In this document: one piece after another, positions 22,441 through 31,486 of the stretch
Layout of the letters: every line of letters begins with the position of its first letter
Numbering within the stretch: position 1 is the stretch's first letter
Source of the DNA: a virus
IMG/VR virus record: IMGVR_UViG_3300043184_000065
Direction: 5' to 3' (one strand)
DNA: 35,734 bases
The notes under the pieces: generated by a model
The model's database searches: none
Told to the model about the DNA's origin: nothing
What the model saw: only the letters and a program-made list of their open reading frames with translations
Translations under genes and position numbers: made by a program

Positions 22441-24929
22441 AGCAGGCACTCCCGGATGGCCTGCAGCGCCGCCTTGTCGCCGTCGATGTCGCTCAGGATA
22501 TCGGCCGCACTGCGCGTGTTGGCCACCGCGCCGCCGTCGACCAACCGCTCATCGAGTGCAAATAGGGCCGGCTTGCGGGGATCGCCTCCTGCGCCTATAT
22601 CCGAAATCGCTGCAGCCAGCTCGTGGCGTAGGATCGCGGCCTGCGTGTCGGCCGCCACACCGTGCGGATCGTCGAACGTCTCCAGAACCGGCGCCGCGTG
22701 CGCCGCGTCGGTCAGTCCGAAGAGGTCTCCGCCGGAGTCACTGGCGGAGTCTGTGTCGGGGTCTGCGACGATGTCTCGGGCGCCGTCTGGCGCGTCAGCG
22801 AGGCCGCCCACGCCGCCGTCCGTTTCGCCAGCACCGCCGCCGCGTCCTGTTCCGCCAGCCACCAGCCCATCGCGATCGCGTACCGCGCCTTCTCGCGCGA
22901 GGCTTCGGAGGTCGAGCCCCCGGAGCTGGTCGAGGAAGGCGCGGGCGGCGGGGCCGAGCTGGCCGGTGTCGGCATAGCGTCGGGCGGCGCCATTGAGGGC
23001 GTCGGAGACGGGGCCCCGGCTGTGGGCGAGGCGGAGGAGGATGTCGAGGGCTGTGGCATTGTCAATCACCCGCTGCTGGTTGGCATCGCGCGCCAGCTGG
23101 TTGCCGGCGCCCTCGATGCGGGCCGCGTCGTCCACCAGCGTAGCAAACACGCGCCGGTCAGTCTTCAGTGTTCGCAGTGCGGAGTCCAGCACCTTCGCCT
23201 TCTGCTGGTACAGCGATTGCGCCAGTGCCGTCTCGCCGAACAGGTCGATCTGCACCGCCGTGGTCTCGCCCGCCGCCAGCGCCTGACGCACGATCGACTC
23301 CGCCTGCACCCGCGTCGCCGGGCTGGTGCGCGCCAGCACGCTCAGCAGGCTGGCGTGCAGCGCCGGCCGATCGGCGGCCAGCCGGCCCACCAGAGCGGCA
23401 AACTCCGCTGGCACCGCTTCATTCACCACCATGCCGAAGGCATCGTCGGACAGGGCGGCCAGCGCCCGACCGTCCCGCACCAGGGTCGAGCGCGGTGGCA
23501 GCGGGATCGCGGCGGCGTCGCCGATCTCGCGAAACACCTTGGCCGCATCGATGGCGGAGCCGGTACCTTCGGCGATGTTCTTCAGCGCCGCCCAGGTCCG
23601 CGCATCGGCGGCCGACACGCCGTCGGCCGCGTTGAGCAGCACGGCGTCGATCCAGATGTCCTGCGTTGGATCGGCGGCCTGGATGCGCTGGGCCAGCGCC
23701 AGCCGCTGGTGGCCATCGACAATAAAGCTGCGGCCCTCCTCATCGCGCCACACGATCGCCTTGCCGCTCAGGATCGGGTTCCACCGCGTCACCCCGGCGA
23801 GCCGTTCGGTCACGCCGAACGCGTCGCCACCGGCCTTGAACTGGAACCGCGCCGCATCGACCTCCAGATCGTCGGGCCGGAACCGCTGCAGGCCGCTCGC
23901 CTGCGCATCCAGGGCATCGGGCGCCACCGGAACTGTGGCTGGCGGCAGGCGCACCGGCTGCTCGGTCAGCAGCTGGGCCGTCGCCTGGTCCAGCCGGGCG
24001 CGATGCTCGGCGTCCGCCTCCGGGTCGTCGCGCACGAACGGGGTCTGCGCCTGCAGCCGGGCGTCCTCTTCCAGCACCGCTAGGGCCGCCTCCAGCTCGG
24101 GCGATGGCTCGGGCGTCACGGCCCGCGCCGCCGTCGCCAGCGTCTGGTCCGACAGGGCCGGCGCCCGGCCGGCCAGGCGACGGCGCAGCGCGCCAACGCC
24201 CTGTTCCAGCGCCTTCACGCCACCGCCCACGACCGCACCGAATGCGGCAGCCCCCGCTACCTGGCCCGCCATCTCGGCAGCGCTCAGCGGGGCGCCCAGC
24301 TCGGCGCGCCAGGCCGCCACTTCCGGCAGCGACAGCGCTTCGGCACCGGCATTCACCGCGCCCTCGCGCACCGCAGCACTGGCGATGCTGCGCGCCGCAC
24401 CGAGCGGCAGCACCGACAGCGCCAGATTGAGCGGATCGGTCATGTCGGCGGCCATCGCAGCCGTGAACGCCGTCGCCTGGGTCCAGAAGCCCATGGCGCT
24501 GCGCGCCGGATCGGCGGCGTCGTCCAGGCTGGCGCGCGCGGCGGCACGCACCTGCTCGGTGAACGCCTGCTGGTCGCGCGGCAGGGTCGCCAGCGCCGTG
24601 CCATCGCGCAGGCGCGCCCGCCGGATCGCCATCCACACCCGCGCTTCCGCCGCCGCCTGCTGCTGCTCGGGCGCCACGTCGGGCAGCCAGGGCCGGCCGC
24701 GATAGGGGTTCTGCACATCGCGGAAGCCGCGCGCCCGCAGGTCGGCCACGATCGGGTCATAGGCGTTGGCGAACAGCCGCTGGCGGCTGGTGGTCAGGTC
24801 GGTGTTGCGCGCCGCGCGCCACGCCACCGTCCAGGCTTCCGCCAGCGTGTCGCTAGCCCCGGCCGTCCAAGGCGCCGGGTCCAGCCGGCCCACCGCATCC
24901 TCCAGCGGCTCCAGCACCAGCCCGGTCAT
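22437..24929 (-). CDS. Large virion-module protein with a central ParB/sulfiredoxin-like domain (830 aa)
   Basis: ATG 24929 overlaps the upstream stop (ATGA). FQFKAGGDAFGVTERLAGVTRWNPILSGKAIVWRDEEGRSFIVDGHQRLALAQRI carries the DGHQR motif (encoded near 23704-23720). Gly/Asp-rich linker and DLFG lie near the C-terminus. Confidence 0.65.
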   Translation of the reverse strand: MTGLVLEPLEDAVGRLDPAPWTAGASDTLAEAWTVAWRAARNTDLTTSRQRLFANAYDPIVADLRARGFRDVQNPYRGRPWLPDVAPEQQQAAAEARVWMAIRRARLRDGTALATLPRDQQAFTEQVRAAARASLDDAADPARSAMGFWTQATAFTAAMAADMTDPLNLALSVLPLGAARSIASAAVREGAVNAGAEALSLPEVAAWRAELGAPLSAAEMAGQVAGAAAFGAVVGGGVKALEQGVGALRRRLAGRAPALSDQTLATAARAVTPEPSPELEAALAVLEEDARLQAQTPFVRDDPEADAEHRARLDQATAQLLTEQPVRLPPATVPVAPDALDAQASGLQRFRPDDLEVDAARFQFKAGGDAFGVTERLAGVTRWNPILSGKAIVWRDEEGRSFIVDGHQRLALAQRIQAADPTQDIWIDAVLLNAADGVSAADARTWAALKNIAEGTGSAIDAAKVFREIGDAAAIPLPPRSTLVRDGRALAALSDDAFGMVVNEAVPAEFAALVGRLAADRPALHASLLSVLARTSPATRVQAESIVRQALAAGETTAVQIDLFGETALAQSLYQQKAKVLDSALRTLKTDRRVFATLVDDAARIEGAGNQLARDANQQRVIDNATALDILLRLAHSRGPVSDALNGAARRYADTGQLGPAARAFLDQLRGLDLRSLAREGAVRDRDGLVAGGTGRGGGAGETDGGVGGLADAPDGARDIVADPDTDSASDSGGDLFGLTDAAHAAPVLETFDDPHGVAADTQAAILRHELAAAISDIGAGGDPRKPALFALDERLVDGGAVANTRSAADILSDIDGDKAALQAIRECLL

Positions 24930-26980
24930 GGCTGCACCCCGGTCAGGCGCGCCAGCGCCGCGACATCGAGCACGAACAGCCCGCCGGCACCAGCACCGGG
25001 CAGCATCCGGCCAGCGGCATCGGCCAGCGCATAGCGGCCAGCGCCCAGGTCCACCAGCCGCGCCCGGCGCAGGAACGCCGGGGTCACGTCGGCGCCGCTG
25101 CCCGTGCGCACCGGCTTGCCGCCGTTGAGCCGCGCGGCCACCGCCGGCGTCAGGCGCGCCAGCGCGTCCTCGAACGCATCGGCCGACAGGGCGGGCGGCA
25201 GCACCACCATCTGGTCCCGCCAGCGATGCACGCCGCCGCTCACCCGCTCGGTGCCCTCGTAGCGCGCGCCCACCGCCTCGTTCAGGCTGCGTTCCCACAG
25301 GTCGCGGCGGAACTCGGTGGGCGCCAGGCCGCGCTTGCTGGCCTCGTTGGCGTAGATGAACGTGGCGATCTGGATCGCGGTTGCCCGGCTGTCCGCCAGC
25401 GCCCCGAACGCCGTGCCCAACACGTCGCTGGTCGCGTCGCTCAGGTCGGTCTGGCTGGGCAGCAGCTTGTTGCCCGCGCGCAGCAGCGCCTGCCCGGTGA
25501 ACGCCTTGGCGGCGGCGGCTGCACCGTGCCCGGTCTGCGCCAGCAGCGCGCCCCAGGCGAAGTTGCGATCGCCCAGCGCCATCAGTGCCGGCGCCGCCTG
25601 TGCGCCCAGCGCAGCGCCCAGGCTGGTGGCCAGCGCCAGCTTCTCGGCCGGTTTGGCGGCGTTGATCTGCTGCAACAGCCCGCTGCGCTCGGCCTGCGTC
25701 CATGGGCCGGCCGCGACGCCGTAGCGCGCACGCACCTGCGCGCCCGCATCCAGCCGGGCCCGGACGCTGGCCGGATCGCGCAGGTCGACCGGCGCCAGCT
25801 GCACCGCTCCGGCCCGCGCCGCCCAGCTCAGCGGGTCGGCCCGCAGGCCCGCCGTCATGCGCGCCTGCACCGCCTCCAGCGTGGCGCGGTCGCGCCGGTC
25901 CTGCGCCGTGCCGCCGGTGGCAATCACGCCATTGAGGGTGTTGATCTCCGCCTGCAGCTGGGCCGGCGTCGCGCGCTCGGCCGCCGTGGTGATGGCATTG
26001 GCGCGGCCCATCTCCTGCAGGCTGCGCGCCAGCTCGGGCCGGCCCAGCCGCACGGCGGCCTCCGACGCCGCCGCCACCGCGCGCGGGTCCACCGGCTGGC
26101 CGCTGCGCAGCTGGCTCTGGAAGTCCTCCAGCCGGTCGCCCAGCAGCGCCCGCTGTTCCCGGGCACGGTCGGCGGCGTCTGCCGCCCGCGCGCGGGCTTC
26201 GGCGCGCTGCAGGGCCTCGCGCTGCGCCAGCTCGCTCTCCACCCGGGCCGACAGCTGGGCGAACTGGTCTGCCGTCACGTCGGCACTCAGGGCCCCCGAC
26301 GCCAACACCGCCCGGGCCTCGACCGGATCGCGATCCGCCAGCGCCCGCACATAGCTCTCGCCCAGCACCTGCCGGGTCTGCGTCCGCAGCGCCGCTTTGG
26401 CCGCATCGGGCAGCACCAGCGCATCGATCAGCTCCAGCTGGGTCTGGCGCGCGGTGGCCCACGCCTCCGGGGTCGGCTCCAGCGCCAGCGCATTGGCGGC
26501 CAGATCGGCGCCGGCCCGGACGTTCTGCACCAGCGCGTCGACGCGCTGACCGGCTTCCCAGCCGCGTTCGGCCACATCCTCGTCGCTGCGCAGCTCGATC
26601 AGGCGGGTCTGCGCCCAGCCGCGCACCACCGGATCGGCAATCCCGTCCAGCAGCTGCGCCGACTGGGTCTCGAAGCTGGCTTTCAGCGTGTCGGCATGGC
26701 CGGCGGCCGCTGCTGGTGCGCCGCTGCGCGCCTCCAAGCGGGTGCGCGCGCGGGTTGCCTGGAACGCGGCCAGCGCCCGGGCCGCGTCCGCCCGGGCCTG
26801 CTGCTCGGCCTGCGCCTGCGCCTGGCGATCCGCCTGCGCCGCGCGCTCGTCCATGCCGGCGCCGATCGCGACCAGCGCGCGCGCCACCTGCACGCCGCCG
26901 GTCGGATCGCTCATCGGCAGGCGCGGCGTCGCCGCCCGGGGGCCGAGCGGCTCGTAGCGCGGGATGGGGATGCGCGCCAT
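24926..26980 (-). CDS. Internal virion core protein in the gp15 position (684 aa)
   Basis: ATG 26980 lies 1 nt after the upstream stop. Long Ala/Arg/Gln-rich helical protein: MARIPIPRYEPLGPRAATPRLPMSDPTGG... Confidence 0.6.
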   Translation of the reverse strand: MARIPIPRYEPLGPRAATPRLPMSDPTGGVQVARALVAIGAGMDERAAQADRQAQAQAEQQARADAARALAAFQATRARTRLEARSGAPAAAAGHADTLKASFETQSAQLLDGIADPVVRGWAQTRLIELRSDEDVAERGWEAGQRVDALVQNVRAGADLAANALALEPTPEAWATARQTQLELIDALVLPDAAKAALRTQTRQVLGESYVRALADRDPVEARAVLASGALSADVTADQFAQLSARVESELAQREALQRAEARARAADAADRAREQRALLGDRLEDFQSQLRSGQPVDPRAVAAASEAAVRLGRPELARSLQEMGRANAITTAAERATPAQLQAEINTLNGVIATGGTAQDRRDRATLEAVQARMTAGLRADPLSWAARAGAVQLAPVDLRDPASVRARLDAGAQVRARYGVAAGPWTQAERSGLLQQINAAKPAEKLALATSLGAALGAQAAPALMALGDRNFAWGALLAQTGHGAAAAAKAFTGQALLRAGNKLLPSQTDLSDATSDVLGTAFGALADSRATAIQIATFIYANEASKRGLAPTEFRRDLWERSLNEAVGARYEGTERVSGGVHRWRDQMVVLPPALSADAFEDALARLTPAVAARLNGGKPVRTGSGADVTPAFLRRARLVDLGAGRYALADAAGRMLPGAGAGGLFVLDVAALARLTGVQP

Positions 26981-26981
26981 G

Positions 26982-27494
26982 TCAGCTGTCCGCAAACACG
27001 GGGCGCGGCGGGATGCGCGGCTGGCCGGTGCGCCGGGGACCGAACAGCACCTGGGCGGCGCGGCCCAGGCCGGACGCCGCCGAACCGCTGCCCGACCGGC
27101 TGCTGGCCATCGCATCGCCCGCCTGCAGCGCACTGGCCACCAGCGCCTGGCGACCGGCCAGCCGCTGCTGGCGCGCTTCGAACTCAAGGCCCGAGGCGGT
27201 CATCTCCGCCTGCCGGCGCGCCGTCAGGATGTCGGTCTCTGCATCGAGCGCGCTCTGGCGCAGCACATCGAGGGCCGAGCCTTCGGCCAGCGCAAAGCCG
27301 CCGGCACCGGTGGCGGCCACACCGGCGCCCAGCGTCGCCCGCATGGCGCGGCGGATCGCCGCGACCTCCGCGGCCCCGTCGCCGCGCGCGCGGCGGGCGT
27401 TTTCGTCCAGTGCCCGGGCACTGGCCCGCGCCGCCGCGTTCTGCGCCAGCCCGGCGTAGAGCGCACCGCCCGCCTTGAACACCGCCGCGCTCAT
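26982..27494 (-). CDS. Internal virion protein in the gp14 position (170 aa)
   Basis: ATG 27494 overlaps the upstream stop (ATGA). Sequence: MSAAVFKAGGALYAGLAQNAAARASARALDENARRARGDG...GFALAEGSALDVLRQSALDAETDIL. Confidence 0.55.
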   Translation of the reverse strand: MSAAVFKAGGALYAGLAQNAAARASARALDENARRARGDGAAEVAAIRRAMRATLGAGVAATGAGGFALAEGSALDVLRQSALDAETDILTARRQAEMTASGLEFEARQQRLAGRQALVASALQAGDAMASSRSGSGSAASGLGRAAQVLFGPRRTGQPRIPPRPVFADS

Positions 27495-27961
27495 GGCGCC
27501 ACCCGGTCATAGAGCAGATGGTCGGTGCCGGCCGGCCCCCATTTGCGCAGGCGCGCCGCCAGCGCAAACCCCAGCAGGTCGGCCCAGCGCGCGGCGGCGG
27601 GCACGCGCGCGTCGATCAGCGCCTCGATCCGCCGGTAGCTGGCGCCCGCCAGATGCGCGCGCACGGCCCGGGTCAGCGCCACATGCAGCGGGCCCACCGG
27701 GTCGGCCACGAACGACCAGGCTTCCACATGGCCCTGCGCGAACAGCACGCGGAAGCCGCCGACCAGCACGATGCGCCCGGTGTCCGCTGCGCGCACGGTC
27801 CAGGCCGGGCCGGCGCGCAGCAGCTCGATGCCATAGTCCAGCGTGAGCGCTTCGCCGACATCAGCCAGCCAGCGCTGCTGCGCCGCATTGGGCACGATCT
27901 CGCAGATGTCCTGCGCCGCGAACGGCGCGATGTGCAGCCGCTCAGGCATCCGCTCAGGCAT
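27491..27961 (-). CDS. GNAT-fold-like small protein in the T7 gp13 position (156 aa)
   Basis: ATG 27961 overlaps the nozzle stop. C-terminal YRRIEALIDARVPAAARWADLLGFALAARLRKWGPAGTDHLLY resembles the acetyltransferase motif RIEa.v...N..a.r....GF..eg..r. The start lies in a 12-bp tandem duplication. Confidence 0.45.
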   Translation of the reverse strand: MPERMPERLHIAPFAAQDICEIVPNAAQQRWLADVGEALTLDYGIELLRAGPAWTVRAADTGRIVLVGGFRVLFAQGHVEAWSFVADPVGPLHVALTRAVRAHLAGASYRRIEALIDARVPAAARWADLLGFALAARLRKWGPAGTDHLLYDRVAP

Positions 27962-30215
27962 CACCCGTCTCCGTTTCGGGCATGATCGCCAGCAGCAGCC
28001 AGGGCAGTGGCTGGCGGCTTTCGAGCACCAGCTGGGCATCGCGGTCGAAGCCGTGCGGCAGCGTCACACCATAGTCGCCCGACTCCAGCCTCGGCGGGCT
28101 GTCCATCGGATCGTCAGGCCGCCGGAACAGCGCCTGATCCAGCGCCCGCGCCGGCTGGCCCAGCGCCAGGCCCAGCGTGTCCAGCAGCCGCACGACGGCG
28201 CGGATCATGCGCTTGCGCTTGCCTTGGCCCGTGCCGCTGGCGGCATCCGTCAGCGCCTTCAGCGTCACGATCCGCGCCGCATAGGGCAGCCCGACCACCA
28301 CCGCGCGCGCCGGGCGCACCAGGCTGATGCTGCCCGCAGCGCTCACCACGCAGTCGGGATGCACCGCCCCGTCCGTCAGCACGCTCACGGTCTCGCCGCG
28401 CAGGTGCGTCAGGCCCGTCACTGCGCTGAACGGCGTCGCCTGGGACAGCGCGGCACTAGCATCGCTGAACCGTGCATCGGCCAGCGTGTCGCCCTCCTCC
28501 CAGAACGGTTCCAGCAGCTCGATCGTCCGGCTCGGCGCCCCGTTGATCCAGCGCCGCACCAGCAGCCACAGCTGATCGCGCTCGCCCGCCGGATCGCGGA
28601 TGGTCACGATGTCCTCGACCATGGCGGGCTCGGTCCGTGCGGCGTCCGCAAAGCCGCCCAGCCAGTGGCGCGACCAGCCGCGCACCTGCTGCTCGTCGGA
28701 ATAGGTGAAGCTCAGCAGCGCGCCGTCGCCGCGCACCGCCCACAGCAGCGACTCCGGCTCCTGCTGGTAGGCCAGCTGGGTCACGCGCCCGCGCGTGATG
28801 TGAGGCGCGCGCACCGTGATGTCCGGCGTGGTGTAGCGGTCGACGTTGAAGTCATAGCCCGCCTCGCGCACCTTGCGCCCACCCGCCTGGACAAACACCG
28901 TCGCCGAGCCGACCGACACTGCCTCCACCGGTTCCGAGCCGCGGGCCGACTGCCGCCGGGCCACCAGATTGCCCGCCGCCGGCGCCTGGCTGCCATTGAT
29001 GGCGCCGATCGTGTGCACGCCGGCGGCTGTGCCCACCAGCAGCTCGCGGTCATCCGACAGCCACAGGATTTCGGACGGGGTCGCCAACCGGTAGACGAAC
29101 GCCATGTCGGCGGTGGCCTCGCCGGCGGTGTTGAGCCGGGCAAAGTTGGCGAAGTCGCCGACCACCGATCCGGCCAGCACATTGTCGCGCGCGAGGATCA
29201 GCCGCTCGTTCCACAGGCACACGGTGGTGGGCCAGCCGTCGACGTCGGAGAACAGCGCCTGCGCCCACAGGGATGTCGCGCCCCCGCCGCCGACCACCGC
29301 ATCCGGCAGCCGCCGGCGCACCGTCGCCGTCGCCACGGTCGCCGACGTCACGCCGGTGATCTCGACCACCCCGGAGCGGTCGGAGACATACTCCCACAGC
29401 ACGCCGCCCGCGTCCTTGCTGTTGACGTCCTGCCCGGCACTCATGCCGTCGAACGCCTGGCCCGTGGTGTGGGTCGGCTGCACCGATCCGGTGCGCCCGC
29501 CCGACGCCGGCACGCTCACCGCGCGATAGATCTTGCCGTCGCTGCGCCGCACTGCGTTGACGGTCGTCGAAATCCCTGGCTCCCACGCCGGGATCGCGCG
29601 GAAGTCGCGGGCTTCCAGCAGGAACAGGCTCCCGACATGGCCGGGCTCGAAGGTGGGCGTGCTGGCGGTCAGGGTGATGCCGGCGCCGGTGGCGGCCGAC
29701 GCATAGACCGTGCGGGCTTCGTCGCTGTTGAGGTCGCGGAACGGGCCATTGGTCAGCGCCAGCAGGCTTAGCGCGAAGCTGGTGGCCGACGTGCGCACCA
29801 GCCGGCGCGGCGCGTGGGCCCGGTGCACCAGATAGAGCACGTCGTTGGACTGGGCCGCGCGCAGCAGCGGCAGCTGGGCCGCCAGATAGGGCGTCGCCAC
29901 CTCCATGGCGACACCCGGCGCCGTCTCGATGCGGCCATCGTTGGTGTAGAAGCGGAACGCCTGGTCGCCCGCCTCGATGACATAGTGCTGGGTCGGATTG
30001 AACCGGAACGCCAGCAGCGCGCCCGGCACGGTGGCGCTGCGCGCCGGCGCCACGTAGCGCGTGCCGGAGCGCTTGAGCGCCGGCCCCTGCACCAGCGGCA
30101 CCATGTTGGTCATCTCCGCGACGCTGTTGCGCCACGCCTCCAGGTCGACCCGGCCGCCCATGCGCGCCGCGATTTCCCCGCCGTTGAAACTGGTCTGGAT
30201 GGCGGACTGTTTCAC
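27954..30215 (-). CDS. Tail tubular protein B / nozzle (T7 gp12-like)
   Basis: GTG 30215 overlaps the adaptor stop (GTGA) with GGGAGG upstream. About 753 aa. N-terminus: KQSAIQTSFNGGEIAARMGGRVDLEAWRNSVAEMTNMVPLVQGPALKRSGTRYV. Confidence 0.75.
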   Translation of the reverse strand: MKQSAIQTSFNGGEIAARMGGRVDLEAWRNSVAEMTNMVPLVQGPALKRSGTRYVAPARSATVPGALLAFRFNPTQHYVIEAGDQAFRFYTNDGRIETAPGVAMEVATPYLAAQLPLLRAAQSNDVLYLVHRAHAPRRLVRTSATSFALSLLALTNGPFRDLNSDEARTVYASAATGAGITLTASTPTFEPGHVGSLFLLEARDFRAIPAWEPGISTTVNAVRRSDGKIYRAVSVPASGGRTGSVQPTHTTGQAFDGMSAGQDVNSKDAGGVLWEYVSDRSGVVEITGVTSATVATATVRRRLPDAVVGGGGATSLWAQALFSDVDGWPTTVCLWNERLILARDNVLAGSVVGDFANFARLNTAGEATADMAFVYRLATPSEILWLSDDRELLVGTAAGVHTIGAINGSQAPAAGNLVARRQSARGSEPVEAVSVGSATVFVQAGGRKVREAGYDFNVDRYTTPDITVRAPHITRGRVTQLAYQQEPESLLWAVRGDGALLSFTYSDEQQVRGWSRHWLGGFADAARTEPAMVEDIVTIRDPAGERDQLWLLVRRWINGAPSRTIELLEPFWEEGDTLADARFSDASAALSQATPFSAVTGLTHLRGETVSVLTDGAVHPDCVVSAAGSISLVRPARAVVVGLPYAARIVTLKALTDAASGTGQGKRKRMIRAVVRLLDTLGLALGQPARALDQALFRRPDDPMDSPPRLESGDYGVTLPHGFDRDAQLVLESRQPLPWLLLAIMPETETGDA

Positions 30216-30784
30216 AGCGCCTCCCGGGCCAGCCACCAGTCATCGTCGGAAACGTCGCTGGGCGGGGTTTCCTGCCCGTCGATGCGCCGGGCTTCCGCCA
30301 GCGCGTCGCGGTACTCCGCCAGCAGCTGGGTGCGCAGCTCGGTCGATCCGGTCAGCCGCCGCGCCACCTGGGCGGCGATCCGGCACGCCAGCGCCTCGGT
30401 GAACAGCGCATCGAACCGGCCGCTGTCGGCCACATCGGCGATGTAGATGATGGCCAGGGGCGCACTGGCGTCGGTCAGGATCGTGCGGCCTTCGACCGTA
30501 TAGTCATCGCTGTCCACCACCCGCCACAGCCGCAGCAGCGGCGGCGCCTCGGGCAGTGCGAACGCGCGGGCGTAGCCGAACGCCGGCGGCGTCGCCAGCG
30601 CCGGCAGGGCCGCGCGCGCCATCGCGAAGTTCCACGGGTGCGCGCGCAGCACCGCCTGGCGCATCAACGCGAACACCGCGCGGATCGCCCGCGCGGGTTC
30701 GGTTTCTTCCGACAGGGTGGTGATGGTTGCCGCGTCGCCCAGCTTGGACAGGGCGAGGTTGGCGATGTCGGTCTCGCTCGCCAT
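30212..30784 (-). CDS. Tail tubular protein A / head-tail adaptor (T7 gp11-like)
   Basis: ATG 30784, 190 aa. DIANLALSKLGDAATITTLSEETEPARAIRAVFALMRQAVLRAHPWNFA parallels T7 gp11 VNDILASIGEPPVSTLEGD...IQSRGWTFN. Confidence 0.75.
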   Translation of the reverse strand: MASETDIANLALSKLGDAATITTLSEETEPARAIRAVFALMRQAVLRAHPWNFAMARAALPALATPPAFGYARAFALPEAPPLLRLWRVVDSDDYTVEGRTILTDASAPLAIIYIADVADSGRFDALFTEALACRIAAQVARRLTGSTELRTQLLAEYRDALAEARRIDGQETPPSDVSDDDWWLAREAL

Positions 30785-30792
30785 GACACCCC

Positions 30793-30990
30793 TTAGGCTG
30801 GCGGCCACGACCCTTCTAGGATGCGCGCCCGCAGTTGGTCGAGCACCCGGATCAGCTCGCCCCGGTTGAACTTGGCGCCCGAATAGTCGATCTGCAGGCG
30901 CACCACGTCGGTGCCAAACGTGCTCGGGGTCGCCGTGGTGATCTGGCTTTTGGTCTGGCCCAGCGCGATCTGATACTGGATTGTCGGCAT
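30793..30990 (-). CDS. Hypothetical small head-module protein (65 aa)
   Basis: ATG 30990 preceded by GGAGGG. Sequence: MPTIQYQIALGQTKSQITTATPSTFGTDVVRLQIDYSG... Confidence 0.55.
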   Translation of the reverse strand: MPTIQYQIALGQTKSQITTATPSTFGTDVVRLQIDYSGAKFNRGELIRVLDQLRARILEGSWPPA

Positions 30991-31047
30991 GATGCCCTCC
31001 GGTGCTGGACGGGGGGCCAGCCGCGCCGGCCCCCCGTCACAGGTCAC

Positions 31048-31467
31048 TTACGCCGCCGTTGACCCGTACAGGTCGATGATCAGCGTGCCGCTCGATGGCA
31101 GCGCCGCCGCCGCCCAGGTCATCCACGGCTGTTCGTCGGCCGTCAGCGGCGCGCCGCCAACGGCGGCGGCGGCGCCGAACAGCGTCGGGGTGTCGACGAC
31201 TGTGAACACCCCGGCCGCCCGGTACTTGCCATTGCTGGCATGCGTTGCCGACGCGCCGATGGCGATTTGGGCGGAGCCCAGCGACACCGTGCTGGTCAAG
31301 ACGCCGTAGGCGAACACGAACCCGGCCGGCAGCACGGGCAGCCGCAGCTGGTCGGTGCCCGCCGCCTGGCTGGCCAGGGCGAAGACGGTGCGGAACCGGC
31401 GCAGCTTGGCGTTAACCCGGTCGCCCGGCTGCGGGCTGGCGCTGTCTGTTGAAGTGAATACAGCCAT
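31048..31467 (-). CDS. Small capsid decoration / cement-like protein (139 aa)
   Basis: GAAGGAG SD. The gene sits immediately downstream of the capsid gene. Gly/Ala/Thr-rich beta-type sequence: MAVFTSTDSASPQPGDRVNAKLRRFRTVFALASQ... The position matches the BPP-1-type MCP + cement arrangement (from recollection). Confidence 0.5.
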   Translation of the reverse strand: MAVFTSTDSASPQPGDRVNAKLRRFRTVFALASQAAGTDQLRLPVLPAGFVFAYGVLTSTVSLGSAQIAIGASATHASNGKYRAAGVFTVVDTPTLFGAAAAVGGAPLTADEQPWMTWAAAALPSSGTLIIDLYGSTAA

Positions 31468-31486
31468 GATGTGAGGCTCCTTCTCG

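Noticed and set aside
22437-26462. 1341-aa minus-strand ORF suggesting a giant protein
   Set aside because: Its first approx. 511 codons are Arg/Gly/Pro/Ala low-complexity sequence in a frame overlapping the well-supported 24926-26980 gene. A clean ATG at 24929 overlaps the upstream stop (ATGA) and begins sensible sequence (MTGLVLEPLEDAVG...).
25226-27478. Long plus-strand ORFs antisense to the structural genes (also 3518-4960, 5347-7113, 18311-19987, 19453-21240, 21367-22977, 22662-24083, 27843-29771, 31544-32989)
   Set aside because: These are typical high-GC shadow ORFs. They are dominated by Arg/Ala/Pro/Gly/His and carry no recognisable motifs. Each lies opposite a minus-strand gene with clear family signatures and coupled start/stop architecture.
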